Source: a virus
Lineage: Duplodnaviria; Heunggongvirae; Uroviricota; Caudoviricetes
Direction: 5' to 3' (one strand)
IMG/VR virus record: IMGVR_UViG_3300021399_000121
Span: 43,502 to 107,501 of that record
Length of the DNA: 64,000 nt
Shown here: in pieces, positions 52,668 through 63,755 of the stretch
Numbering within the stretch: position 1 is the first letter of the stretch
Layout of the letters: every line of letters begins with the position of its first letter
Notes under the pieces: generated by a model
Databases searched by the model: none
What the model was told of the DNA's origin: nothing
Seen by the model: the letters and a program-made list of their open reading frames with translations, nothing else
Position numbers and translations under genes: made by a program

Positions 52668-52916
52668 TTACCAGAGGTCTACCACAATATCAAGGTCGTT
52701 TTTGTCCTTCACATCTTCTCCACAATCGCGAAGTTGTGGCAAAAGATTTTCGCTTAATGGCATAGTAATTTCTGCCCCGACAAAGTCTTCTGAATCGAGA
52801 ACAATCTCTTCAGCAGCAATACGACGTTCGATTTCTTGAATAGCATCAGCCATAGTATCGGCTTCAATTACAATACGACGTTCGAGAGTTTCTTTGTAAT
52901 CAAAAGTGAATTTCAT
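52668..52916 (-). CDS. Hypothetical 82-aa protein.
   Basis: ORF track entry; leader AAGGAGAATTCATT. Confidence 0.4.
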   Translation of the reverse strand: MKFTFDYKETLERRIVIEADTMADAIQEIERRIAAEEIVLDSEDFVGAEITMPLSENLLPQLRDCGEDVKDKNDLDIVVDLW

Positions 52917-53458
52917 AATGAATTCTCCTTAACGATGACGATTGACCAACATACTGACTAAAAAAGGAGGAATAAATCCAGCTAAAAAGGGAACGAGTAC
53001 ATTACAAATAAATGCAGTCATAATTAATCCTCCTGCCCTTCTTCATCTTCATCTTCATACCGATGAGTAAAAATACTTTCAATCTCTCCATTCTTCATTT
53101 TTTGCTCAAAAAATTTTTGCGATTCTTGACTTTTTTTCTGAAGAAATTCGAACAGCGTCATGATTAATCCTTTCCTTTCTCTCTTGGATACATAATATCA
53201 TAGTCAGTTTCAGGATGCAATACTCTTCACAAAATCGTCACAATTGGAGTGATTTTTTTCAGCCTCGCGATAAACGTAATTTCGCTCGCTTGCGCCGCAA
53301 GCGAGCGCCCAAAGGTTTGGGCGCTCTTTTCATTTTTATTTTTTAAAAATTTTATTTTGCCAAATTGCAATTTCATCTTCATTCAAAAAGAGGGCTATTG
53401 CAATTATGATTATGAAAATGAATGCAATAATCAAATCAGAAAGTAACATTTCAATTTC

Positions 53459-53671
53459 CTAAGCTTTAAATTTGTTTCCCCAACCATCAGACAAATACAG
53501 CGGTTTAATAGTGTCTTTACAATTCCCTATAAAGGAAACAGCTTTATTAATGGCTTCTGCAACACCCAAGCATTTTCCGAGGTCGGTTTGACGATTGACC
53601 CATTCATTTTTATAGCTATAGTAAATCGCATAATGGAGCTTGTAATTGCCAACCCATTCCCGTTTCACCAT
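53459..53671 (-). CDS. Hypothetical 70-aa protein.
   Basis: ORF track entry; conserved leader. Confidence 0.4.
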   Translation of the reverse strand: MVKREWVGNYKLHYAIYYSYKNEWVNRQTDLGKCLGVAEAINKAVSFIGNCKDTIKPLYLSDGWGNKFKA

Positions 53672-53875
53672 TTCAGTTCCTTTCCTTTAACTTACAAATA
53701 AATTGTACTATAGATTATTTCCATTGTCAAGAAGAATTTCAGGATTTGGCTTCTTCATAATTACTTCATAAGTGCGGAAGATCTTTTTTCTGATGTAATT
53801 AAATGTAAAATCGTCCGCTGTGGCCGACAGCGGACGCGGAGCCTTTTTTGACTCCGCGTCCAAAAGAGAGAAGAA

Positions 53876-54082
53876 CTAGAAAAGTCTTTCGAGGTCTGCC
53901 CAGCTGTAGCCAATCGCAGGGGAGAGAATCAAGCGGCCAATTCCGATTTGCCATTTGAATTGCTCTTCTGCCTTCTTTTTAGCTTCAAGCAAATCTTCCT
54001 TGGTTGCGAAGAAGTCTACTCGCTGTTCATACAACTCAAAGGTGTCCTCATCTATCCATTCCCAAACCAGCATGAACTCCAT
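53876..54082 (-). CDS. Hypothetical 68-aa protein.
   Basis: ORF track entry; conserved leader. Confidence 0.4.
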   Translation of the reverse strand: MEFMLVWEWIDEDTFELYEQRVDFFATKEDLLEAKKKAEEQFKWQIGIGRLILSPAIGYSWADLERLF

Positions 54083-54277
54083 GATTTTTCCTTTCTCTCT
54101 CTCCCTGATGAATACATAATACTACAAAACATTACAGGATGCGGCATTTCCACATAATCTTCACAATTGCGATATTTTCTTTCTCTACCGGGTGTAAAGT
54201 GAATTTCGTTCGCGCTGGGCCCAGCGCGAACGCTGAGAGAGTTGCGGCTCTCTCGCGTTCATGATTTAAGCTCTTTT

Positions 54278-54724
54278 TTACAGCAGCTCCCGCAAAGCTG
54301 CAATCATCTTTTTAGTATCGGATGCATCTATCGTTTCACCCTTCCAAGCATTCCGCACGTCTGAATTATCGTCTACCAGAATAGAGTCTTTCACATTCCG
54401 CACATAATGTTTAGGAGTACCATATTTCACAACATGAAATTCAGAAAATACGCCAGGGAAGTATTCATCGCACCATATCTTTTTGGCTTTGCGGGTACGC
54501 CTACAATATTCACGGCTACCACCCATAGCACCCCAAGAGATAACACCAAGAATAAAACCTGCGGCCAGCAGTGCATTGAAAAGTTGCCGCAACTCTTCTA
54601 TATCAAAGATAACCGCGCAATCTTTATATGGAGTTGTATCTTCTACTTTCAGCATTTCCAGCCATCCCTCATATCCGTAGAGGTCTGCAATTGTTCCGTC
54701 CATGTCAAAATAGATAGCCTGCAT
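54278..54724 (-). CDS. HAD-superfamily phosphatase.
   Basis: FDMDGTIADL matches HAD motif I (DxDGT); 148 aa. Confidence 0.5.
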   Translation of the reverse strand: MQAIYFDMDGTIADLYGYEGWLEMLKVEDTTPYKDCAVIFDIEELRQLFNALLAAGFILGVISWGAMGGSREYCRRTRKAKKIWCDEYFPGVFSEFHVVKYGTPKHYVRNVKDSILVDDNSDVRNAWKGETIDASDTKKMIAALRELL

Positions 54725-55264
54725 TTGATTTCCTTTCTCTCAGTGATTACATACTACCATAATTCGTCTCTTGGAGTTATGGGATTCGCATATTCATAAT
54801 ATATACATATATTGCGAGTACGATTTTTCCCTGTTCATGCAAAAGGGCAATTCGGCCATTTGCTCTGAAAAACGCGCCGCAAATGGCCGGTTAAGCCTTA
54901 TACGCTTATAATTACATTATATCATAGCTTGAATTATATGTCAACCAGTTTGTCAAAAAATTTCTTATATTCACAAAATTCACACATTTGACCTTATAGT
55001 ACTGTATGTTTGCTTTATGTGCTTTATATGGAGATTTTGTGGAGATATTGTGTAGTTTCAGGATTGTAAAATAATTGTGTAGATATTGTGAAGACTCTTG
55101 ATTTTTCTCTATGTATATGGCACAATATCTCGCCCAACTTGTGGAGATTTTGTGGAGATATTGTGAAGATAATTGTGGAAATATTATGTTTTCAATGTGC
55201 AATTATTGAGGAGAAGCGACCCCTTTGTGGGGCCGCCCCCCTTTAAAACATGTGAATATTGAGC

Positions 55265-55561
55265 TTACAACTCAACAATAGAGATAAACTCATCGCCGTT
55301 CGGGTAACGCACGCCACCGCACATATACCCGAACATGTCCGCCAATTCGTCCAACGTCTCAATATAATCATCGTCGCTAGGAAACAGGCCATCAAACACG
55401 ACTTCGCAGCCCTGATACGAATACAGAATGTTTTCGTAAGCATACAGAGACAAGACATTGTCGCCGTATGTATTTGTATGCGAGTAGTTCATCATTTCGT
55501 CGAACAGGCTCTCAAGGTGATTTTTAACGCTTGCGTTGTTGGTGTTCATTTGGTAGGTCAT
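55265..55561 (-). CDS. GC-rich small protein (MTYQMNTNNASVKN...).
   Basis: Trimmed start; the 5' leader hairpin is TTGACCCGAAGGGTCAA. Confidence 0.4.
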   Translation of the reverse strand: MTYQMNTNNASVKNHLESLFDEMMNYSHTNTYGDNVLSLYAYENILYSYQGCEVVFDGLFPSDDDYIETLDELADMFGYMCGGVRYPNGDEFISIVEL

Positions 55562-56032
55562 CTTAGTTCCTCTCTCTTTCGGTTGACCCTTCGGGTCAAT
55601 TATAGCGTTGTCAATACTTTTTTTCAATGTTTTTTAAAATTAATCGGTGAGCGGTTAAATTAATCGGTAAATGGTAATTTTAGGATAGTATAAAATAATT
55701 GTGTAGATTTTGTGTAGACTATTGTTTTTTCTTTGCAAGTGTGGTATAATTTTTCGCTGAGATATGTAGATTTTGTGGAGATTTTGTGGAAATAAATTCA
55801 TAGAAAAAACATAATAATTTACATAATAAAAACATAATTAATTCATACAATCCTCATAATTATTTTACATAATCTCCATAATCAGGATACAAAATAAATT
55901 GTGTAAATGTTGTGAAGAGTCTTGATTTTTCTCTACATATGTGGTATAATATTTCGCCAATTGTGGAGATTTTGTGAAGATTTTGTGGAGATAATCGTGG
56001 GGAGGCCGAAGCCTCCCCTCATGGTCATGTTG

Positions 56033-56311
56033 TTAGAGTTCTTGAACCCTTACATATTTGAACATGTACCAGTATCCATTAATAAGTGCGGACTCATGCT
56101 CAATAAACAATTCATATCCAAACTCTGGGAGAATGTCGGCAAGTTCGTACATGTCAATGTACCCCGTTTTCTCACTCTGTAACACTTGCCATGTCCCACT
56201 GTTTTGCAATTCATCCATCGAAGCCCACGTGTTTGCGCTAGCGTCTGTTTCGACCTGATGCGCGAGGATTGTCTCTATAATCTCGTTGATGTAGTTTTTC
56301 ATGTTCGCCAT
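56033..56311 (-). CDS. GC-rich small protein (MANMKNYINE...).
   Basis: Trimmed start; the leader hairpin is GGCCCTACGGGCC. Confidence 0.4.
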   Translation of the reverse strand: MANMKNYINEIIETILAHQVETDASANTWASMDELQNSGTWQVLQSEKTGYIDMYELADILPEFGYELFIEHESALINGYWYMFKYVRVQEL

Positions 56312-56799
56312 TTGAGTTCCTTCCACTCGGTTTTTGTTTGGCCCGTAGGGCCATTTTACTCTTGTCAATAGGTAAAATCAACGTTTTTTAAAATTAATCG
56401 GTAAACGGTTAAATTAATCGGTAAATGACAATTTAAGATAATATAAAATAATTATGTAGATTTTGTGGAGATTTTATAAAGATTTTGTGAAGATTAATTC
56501 ACAGAAAAAACATAATAAAAGCATAATTAATTCATACAATCTTCATACAATCTCCGGTTTTAGGACACATAATCTACATAAAATCTACATACTATCTTCA
56601 TATTTTCTTCACAATTGCGTGGTATAATTTTTTCGCCGAGATATGCAGATTTTGTGAAGATTCTGCATTTAGTCTTGATTTTTTTCTACAGGCGTGGTAT
56701 AATTTTTTCGCTAGTCATGGAGATTTTGTGGAGATATTACATTTAATATTGACAAATAAAAAGCCCCTCATTTGAGGGGCTTTTGAATCACAATTCATT

Positions 56800-57132
56800 T
56801 TAGCGGCTGTTGTACGTTTCACGCGCTGGACGATTCATAAAGTCGTTGAGGTCTTTCAACAAGGGGAGTAATTCAGAGTTGAAAAATGACTCATCGTCCC
56901 ACACAGTAGCAGCAGTTTGCTTTGCGAGGAAGTGAAGCGCCATCCCAGCAGTTTTACCCTCAGTGTGCGCTTGAGGGTGGTCATAAGTGTACAGGCTCGC
57001 AAGGTAACCGCACTCATAAGGAGAAACCCAAATTTCTACATTACCACGAGTAGCGATATAGCGCATGCCCTCGCGCGTGTTCAGAGCTTCAAATGTTCCG
57101 TTGTTCTTCGTTGCTTTAGTCATTTCAATCAT
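56800..57132 (-). CDS. Hypothetical 110-aa protein.
   Basis: Leader hairpin GAACCCTACGGGTTC. A bidirectional terminator lies at 56760-56786. Confidence 0.45.
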   Translation of the reverse strand: MIEMTKATKNNGTFEALNTREGMRYIATRGNVEIWVSPYECGYLASLYTYDHPQAHTEGKTAGMALHFLAKQTAATVWDDESFFNSELLPLLKDLNDFMNRPARETYNSR

Positions 57133-57618
57133 CCTTCCTGTTGAACCCTACGGGTTCATTGTAGTCTTGTCAATAGGTAAAATCAATATTCTACATAAAT
57201 CTCCATACAAATAACATAATTAAAATTACATACAATCTACATAATTAATTCACATAATCTACATAATGAAAACATAATTAATCCATACGATCTACACAAT
57301 TAGGACACAAAATAAATTGTGGAGATTTTGTGTAGGCTCTTGACATTTTTCTGCGGGTGTAGTATAATATTTCGCCAATTGTGGAGATTTTGTGGAGATT
57401 TTGTGGAGATTAATCCACAGAAAAAACATAATTAATTCACACAATCTACATAATAAAAACATAATTAATTCACACGATCTACACAATTTCAGGATACTTT
57501 AATTGTGTAAAAGTTGTGGAGTTTTTGTGGATTTTTTATGGAGAGCGCGTCAAAATGGTAAAATCGCTCGTTTGCCCTATGCGTGGGTCCGCAAACGAGC
57601 GGCCAGCCCTTTCAAGCT

Positions 57619-57768
57619 GGCCAGGTTGTATTCAGCTACACTCTAGAACGGAGCGTAGGCCAGTTCTCCAGCGTTGGGCTGTGCCGCAATCCACATCTCG
57701 CAGTCAACCTCACAGACCAACCCTTCCTTGACGACCTTGCCAGTAGCCTTCTCGAATACTGTCCACAT
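57619..57768 (-). CDS. About 49-aa protein, MWTVFEKATGKVV...APF. It is paralogue 1 of a pair.
   Basis: Conserved leader AGGAAAGGACAGGACATG. Its sequence aligns with the product of 57960..58091. Confidence 0.35.
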
Positions 57769-57959
57769 GTCCTGTCCTTTCCTCTCCTGCTGACAGGTCT
57801 ATTATACACCTGTGCCCCTGCCGCATGTATGAGAATCAGGATACTCCACAATCTCTACACAACTATATAGATCGCTTGATCTTTCTCTTGGTGCGTGTAA
57901 AGGACATTTCGCTCGCCTAGGCCCGTAGGCGAGCGCTGGGAGGTCTTACTATCCCAGTG

Positions 57960-58091
57960 CTCTGAGCAGGACTAGAATGGCGCGCAATCCAGTTCGTCTC
58001 TATTCTCCTGCGCGTCAATCCACATCATCGCATCTACCTCAGTCTCGAACCCGTCCGCTACGACCTTGCCCGTGTTCTTGTTGAAGACCGT
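57960..58091 (-). CDS. About 43-aa protein, MWTVFNKNTGKVV...APF. It is paralogue 2 of the pair.
   Basis: Forms the C-terminal part of ORF 57972..58385; follows its own leader and promoter. Confidence 0.35.
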
Positions 58092-58302
58092 CCACATATT
58101 CTTTCCTCTCTCTCTTTCTGACATAATCATTGTACCACAAGTCGTGCCGCATGTAAAGATAGATTCAGGACTCTCCACAATCTCTACACAACTCTTTCTC
58201 TTGGATGATCTTTCTTGTGGTGCGCATAAACGATAATTCGCTCGCTGCGGCCCACAGCGAGCGGCCAGGTCTTTGTAGTTTACTGTGCGGTACTGGGGCA
58301 GG

Positions 58303-58526
58303 CTAGTTGCCCAGCCCCATAGCGTCCAGCATATCCCACACTTTGTAGTCATCTGCAGTGGTTCCTGTGGGAGTGAAGTCTGCAATCTCTACTATCCGTA
58401 CGCTTCCGCGCTTGTAGCACGAGTATGTACGAGCTTCTGCCGCATTGTTCTTGCAGGTGGAGAGAGAACCCCACCAGTGCAGGCAGGTCTCGGTGGAGTT
58501 GGCGAAGGTGGCGATGACTGCGAACA
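58303..58526 (-). CDS. GC-rich small protein (MFAVIATFANSTETC...).
   Basis: Trimmed start behind the leader GAGAGAAAGGATACAACATG. Confidence 0.4.
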
Positions 58527-59212
58527 TGTTGTATCCTTTCTCTCTGACAAGTACATAATACACCTTAACTGTATCTGTGTACAGTCTCTTCACAATCTTT
58601 TCATAAGTTTCAGGATATGAAAGATCATATTAGAATATGTATTTGGAAACTATTTTTATTTCTAGTATGCGTAAGTGACAATTCGCTCGTGTTGGCCCAA
58701 CACGAGCGAGCATCGTGAGAGTGTGCACGAGAGAGCGTGCGCGCAAGACCGCACAAAGCCTGCAAAGACGTGCCAGCAAGCGAGACAGCCGGGCTGCACG
58801 AACTGTCCTCTCTTGGGGTGATGGGAGGGTGTAGACATTGTTGCTATTATTTTATCGGTCGAGTATAGAAGACTGTTACATCATTATGATGATAAATAAA
58901 CTTCCTAGTAGGGGGGGTGATTATGGGATTTTTTAATATTGACTTGTGAAATGTCTTTTGCCTCGCAATCCAAAGAACGTACTTTAAATTTTAAATTTCA
59001 AGAACGTACTTAAGAATCCAAATCAAAATTTCCTATATTAAAATTTCCCAATATATCAAATTTCGGAAAACTTACCTCTCTAAAAATTATATTATATAGC
59101 TTAAAATTTTATGTTTCTATCCAAAAAAGTCATAGACAGTGTTGCTTTGTCAGTGATATAATAAGAATAGAAATAAAAGATTTGAGCTTAGCTTAAATCG
59201 GAAAGGAAGCAG

Positions 59213-60310
59213 ATGACAAAAAAATTAGATTATTCACTTAAAACACCAAAAGAGAGAGCTAAATGTGTTGAAGAAGTCATAGCATCCACTCCTAAAGAAC
59301 AATTAACACAAACATATCTTAATTATTTAGGCGATTATATATTATTTATTAGAGAAAAGGGGCAAACAAAAGGACATAACCTTCTTACTAAAAATAGAGA
59401 AACTATAATTAAAAGAAGAGAAAAATCATATGAAGATATTGTTAATAGTCTAGAAGGTGGTGAAGATGCTCTCCATAACCTTATAAACAATGATAAAAAT
59501 CAATTGTTAGATTATAAAGAAAAAATATCAGAAGAAGAAGCTTTAGCTGACCCGAGATTTCAAGAAAAAATGCGAACTATACAATCTCTTAAAAAAGCTT
59601 TTGATGCGGCAACTGATAGTTCTAAACGTTTTAAATTAAAACAGCAAATTATTGAAACATGACAAGAAATTTATATTATTAAAGCATCATACAAACAAAC
59701 AACAACAGGACGACTTTCTCCGCAAATGCGGCAAATGGGATATATAGATTTAGAAGAAAAAGTTGAGGTACTCCCAGATGGTAAGCTAGATATTAAATCA
59801 ACATTAACTCTTTTAAAACCAGAACATATATCTTTTTTATTAAATTATTATGCTCAACTAAAAGAAGAAATAAATGAAGATCTTAATAGCGATTTGCGGT
59901 GATTATTAGTTGATTTAGAAGATTTAGTTCATAGGACTTTGTCTGGACCAGATCAAACAGCTGTAAACAATGAAATTCTTTATGACTTAATTATTTGAAA
60001 AATAGATGGATTAAAAAATAAAGAAATAGTTGAACTTATGCGGCAAAGATATGGAGTGGTTCATTCAGAACAATATTATTCTACACTTTGACGCAAAAAT
60101 ATTCCCAATCTTTTAGCAAGACAAGCTCAAAAAGAATGACTTATTTGACATTTTTCTCAAGAAGAATATGGGGATTGGAAAAAATGTACAAAGTGCGGCG
60201 AATGGAAAATCGCAAGTCCTTATTTCTATGACCGTTCTCCAATTTCTAAAGATGGCTATTATCCTCAATGTAAGGAGTGTCGTTCTACTCGTAAAAAAAA
60301 TAAAAAGTAA
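59213..60310 (+). CDS. TGA-recoded late protein with a C-terminal zinc ribbon; six in-frame TGA codons.
   Basis: ORF 59213..59662 continues through the TGA at 59660 and five further TGA codons to TAA at 60308-60310, ending KCTKCGEW...CKECRS. Confidence 0.45.
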
Positions 60311-60324
60311 AGGAGGAAGGATAT

Positions 60325-61536
60325 ATGCCAGAAAAAATTATTTGTACACAGTGCGGCAGAGAAAAAGCAGAAAAAGAATTCTTTATGATGAAAACTCATG
60401 AACGTTATCCTGTTTGTAAAACCTGCCTTACTATGTATATAGATAATACAGATCCATCAACTTTTAAATGAATCCTTGAAAAATTTGATGTACCCTATAT
60501 TGAGCGAGATTGAAAAGAAGAAGCTCAGAATGCCTATGATAAGAATCCCGCAAACTTTTCAGGAGCTTCAGTTATTGGTCGCTATTTGCGGCGTATGAAT
60601 ATGACGCAATATCGTAATCTCACCTATGCAGATACAGCACGTCTAGCCGCAGAAGAAGAAAAACGTCAACAAGAAGCAGCCGCACGAGTAAGTTTAGCAT
60701 CTGAAGATGAGCAAGAAGAATTTATGAATCTTCAAGCTAAACTTGATGCGGGAGAGATTTCTCAAGCTGAATTTGATACCCTTAATCCTCTTATGCGGGG
60801 AGTAGAAAGACAGCAAAGCCGCAAATATACTTTTGACCAAGAGCAGATAGGTATAAATGAAGATGATATTTTAGCAGAATTAACTGAAGAAGATAAAAAG
60901 ATGCTCGCTACTAAATGAGGTATAGTGTATAAGCCTTCTGAATGAGTTCATATGGAAGAAACATATACAAAGTATGCTAATGAATATGAGCTTAATGTAG
61001 ACCGTGAACTTACTCTTAAACAAATCTGTAAACTTGAATTAAAGATGGATCAAGCTTTAGATGTTGGTGATACAGGGGCATATAAATCATTACAGCAATC
61101 ATATGATGCTCTTCGCAAATCATCTAAATTTACAGAGGTTCAAAATAAAGAAGGTCAAACACGTTATCTTGATTCTATCGGAGAATTGGTACAATTCTGC
61201 GAACGCGAAGGTGGGTTAATTAATCAATTACCAGACCCAGACGAGTATCCCGAAGATAAAATAGATTTTACAATTAAAGATATGAAAGCATATATCCGTA
61301 ATCTTGTAACCAATGAACTTGGTCTTGGTGATTTGATTGAATCATATGTTAAGAAACTTGAAGATGCGGAGAGAGAAAAAGAAAAATCTCTTGATGCGGG
61401 ACTATACACATCTATCGAAGAAGAACTTGCGGATCAAGTAACGCCGCAAGAAGAAATAGAATTCCAAGAATACCTAGATAATGAAGTAGAAGAAGAAGCT
61501 GCTCGTCTCTTGGAAATGCTTGGTGGTGATGCATAA
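60325..61536 (+). CDS. Putative small terminase subunit with an N-terminal zinc ribbon, TGA-recoded.
   Basis: RBS AAGGAGGAAGGATAT precedes ATG 60325. It joins ORFs 60586..60918 and 60952..61536 through four sense TGA codons. It lies immediately upstream of the large terminase. Confidence 0.35.
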
Positions 61537-63293
61537 TGGCATTAAAGGATTTATTGTCAGTATCTAATAACCAAATAAAAGATATTGAAATATCTGAAGA
61601 ATTGTTGCGGCGAGACCTCGACAAATATCGTGAGCTTATCGCATATTGAAGAATGTATCCAGATAGATTAATTGATTATTATTGCAGCTTAAATCCAGAT
61701 AATAGATTTCATTTATTCTTTTATCAAAGATTATTCCTTCGTTGTCTTATGCGGCACAAGATAGTTTATGCAACATTCGTTCGTGCTTGGTCTAAATCTT
61801 TTATGTCTGTTATGGGATTAATGCTTAAATGTATTCTTTATCCAGGAGCTAAAGTATTTACTGTTGCGGGCGGTAAGGAACAGTCTGCGTCGATTGTATC
61901 ATCTAAAATAGATGAAATTTGTACTTTAATTCCGGCTATGGAGCGTGAAATTATATGAGATACGCGTGGTAAACGAGCTACAACAAGACAAACAAAAGAT
62001 AGTGTAACCTATTCCTTCAAGAATGGTTCTCAATTATCTAACGTTGCGGCGAGTGAGAAAACTCGTGGTGCTCGTTTCCATTCAGGTCTTATGGAAGAAT
62101 GTGTTGGTATTGATCAAGATATATTAAATGAAGTTATAGTTCCTACAATGAATGTTAATCGCATGGTCAATGGTGAAACTGATCCAAAAGAACCATTAAA
62201 TAAATCTCAAGTATTCATTACTACTGCTGGTTATAAAAATACTTATTCATATGAAAAACTTATTCAAATACTTTGTCAAGCTGTTGCACGTCCAAAAGAA
62301 GCTATAGTTTTAGGTGGGTCATGAAGAGTTCCTGTTGTTGAAGGTCTCTTGGACCGTGATTTCGTTACTCAGTTGCGGCTTGATGGTACATTTAATGAAG
62401 CTGCTTTTGATCGTGAGTATGAATCTCGTTGAACTGGTGATATTGAATCAGCATTCTTTAATAGTGAAATTTTTGATAAACATAGAGTGCTTAATCTTGC
62501 AGAGTATAAACCTAATGGTCGTATGTCTGCAAAAGGTTATTATTTAATGGGTGTTGACGTTGGACGTTTTGGATGTACCACAGAAGCTTGTATATTTAAA
62601 GTTACACCAGCTCCATCAGGAGTACCATTAAAACAATTAGTTAATATTTATACTTTTGAAGCAGAGCATTTTGGTTTACAAGCTATTAAACTTAAGAAAT
62701 TATTTAATCAATATAAATGTCGTGCAGCTGTTATTGACGGGAATGGTCTCGGTGCAGGGCTAGTAGATTTTCTTGTTACAGATCAAATTGATCCAGATAC
62801 AGATGAAGTATTATATAATTGAGGTGTTATAAATGACGAAGACCGTAAATATAAAAAATTTCAAACACCTGAAACAATTTATGATGCTATGTATATTATG
62901 AAAGCAAATGCTCAATTAAATACTGAAATGTATGCTTATTGTCAATCACAGATGCGGAATGGTAAAATTAAATTTTTAATTCCTGATAATCTTGCTAAAG
63001 ACAAATTAATGCAACAGGCACAGGGGAAGAAGATGTCGCCAGAACAACGTGCAAGTTATTTGCTTCCCTATGTTCAAACAAATATTCTTAAAGATCAAAT
63101 GCTTAATATGATTGAAGAATCTGAAGGTGCCAATATTATTTTAAAGCCTGCAAATAAAAAAATTAAACACGATAAATTTTCTGCTTTAATATATGGATTA
63201 TACTATTGTAAGTTAGAAGAAGATAAAGGTAAAAAACGTTCTGGCCGCAATATTTCAGATTTTATGATGTATACAAAACCTATTATGCACTAA
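61536..63293 (+). CDS. terL: Terminase large subunit, TGA-recoded. It joins ORFs 61653.., 62091.., 62487.. and 62889..63293.
   Basis: A single frame of 586 codons contains five sense TGA codons (61647, 61956, 62322, 62430, 62820). An N-terminal ATPase-like region is present. The C-terminus has RNase-H-like nuclease motifs VGVDVGRFG and AAVIDGNGLGAG. Confidence 0.55.
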
Positions 63294-63385
63294 AAAAATT
63301 TTTTAGTATTTTTATCAAAATCTAATAATTCTTATCTCGTGAAATTTATATATATTAGAACGTAAGATGTTAAGGAGGTGGTTAA

Positions 63386-63745
63386 ATGTTATCAAGCCAA
63401 GGTGAAATTAAAATTCATGAATTTTTAACCTATGGAAATATTCCTTTTGAAGAAGAATATATTTTTGATGATTTAACCGCAGAAAATGGTAAGCATTTAC
63501 GTTTTGATTTTTGTTGTTTTGATGATGATGGAAATATTGATTGTCTTATTGAATATAATGGGCGTCAACATTATGTACCAGTTAGTAAATTTGGTGGTAA
63601 AAAAGGGCTTTTCCGTCAGCAGCATAATGATGCATTAAAACGAAGATACTGCTTAGAACATGGATATAGATTAATAACTATTCCATTTACAGAAGAAAAC
63701 CGATTAAGTTATGATTATTTAATGAATTTAATTAACGGTTATTAG
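63386..63745 (+). CDS. Small PD-(D/E)xK/DUF559-type nuclease-like protein, possibly a homing endonuclease.
   Basis: RFDF ... IEYNGRQHY ... QHNDALK ... GYRLITI resembles restriction-endonuclease-like small nucleases. It lies between the terminase and portal genes. Confidence 0.35.
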   Translation: MLSSQGEIKIHEFLTYGNIPFEEEYIFDDLTAENGKHLRFDFCCFDDDGNIDCLIEYNGRQHYVPVSKFGGKKGLFRQQHNDALKRRYCLEHGYRLITIPFTEENRLSYDYLMNLINGY

Positions 63746-63755
63746 GAGGTGCGGT

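Noticed and set aside
47928-58715. Interpreting the conserved-flank hairpins as rho-independent terminators
   Set aside because: None is followed by a U-tract on either strand; separate canonical terminators exist nearby (for example 48640, 49556-49600, 51131, 56760).
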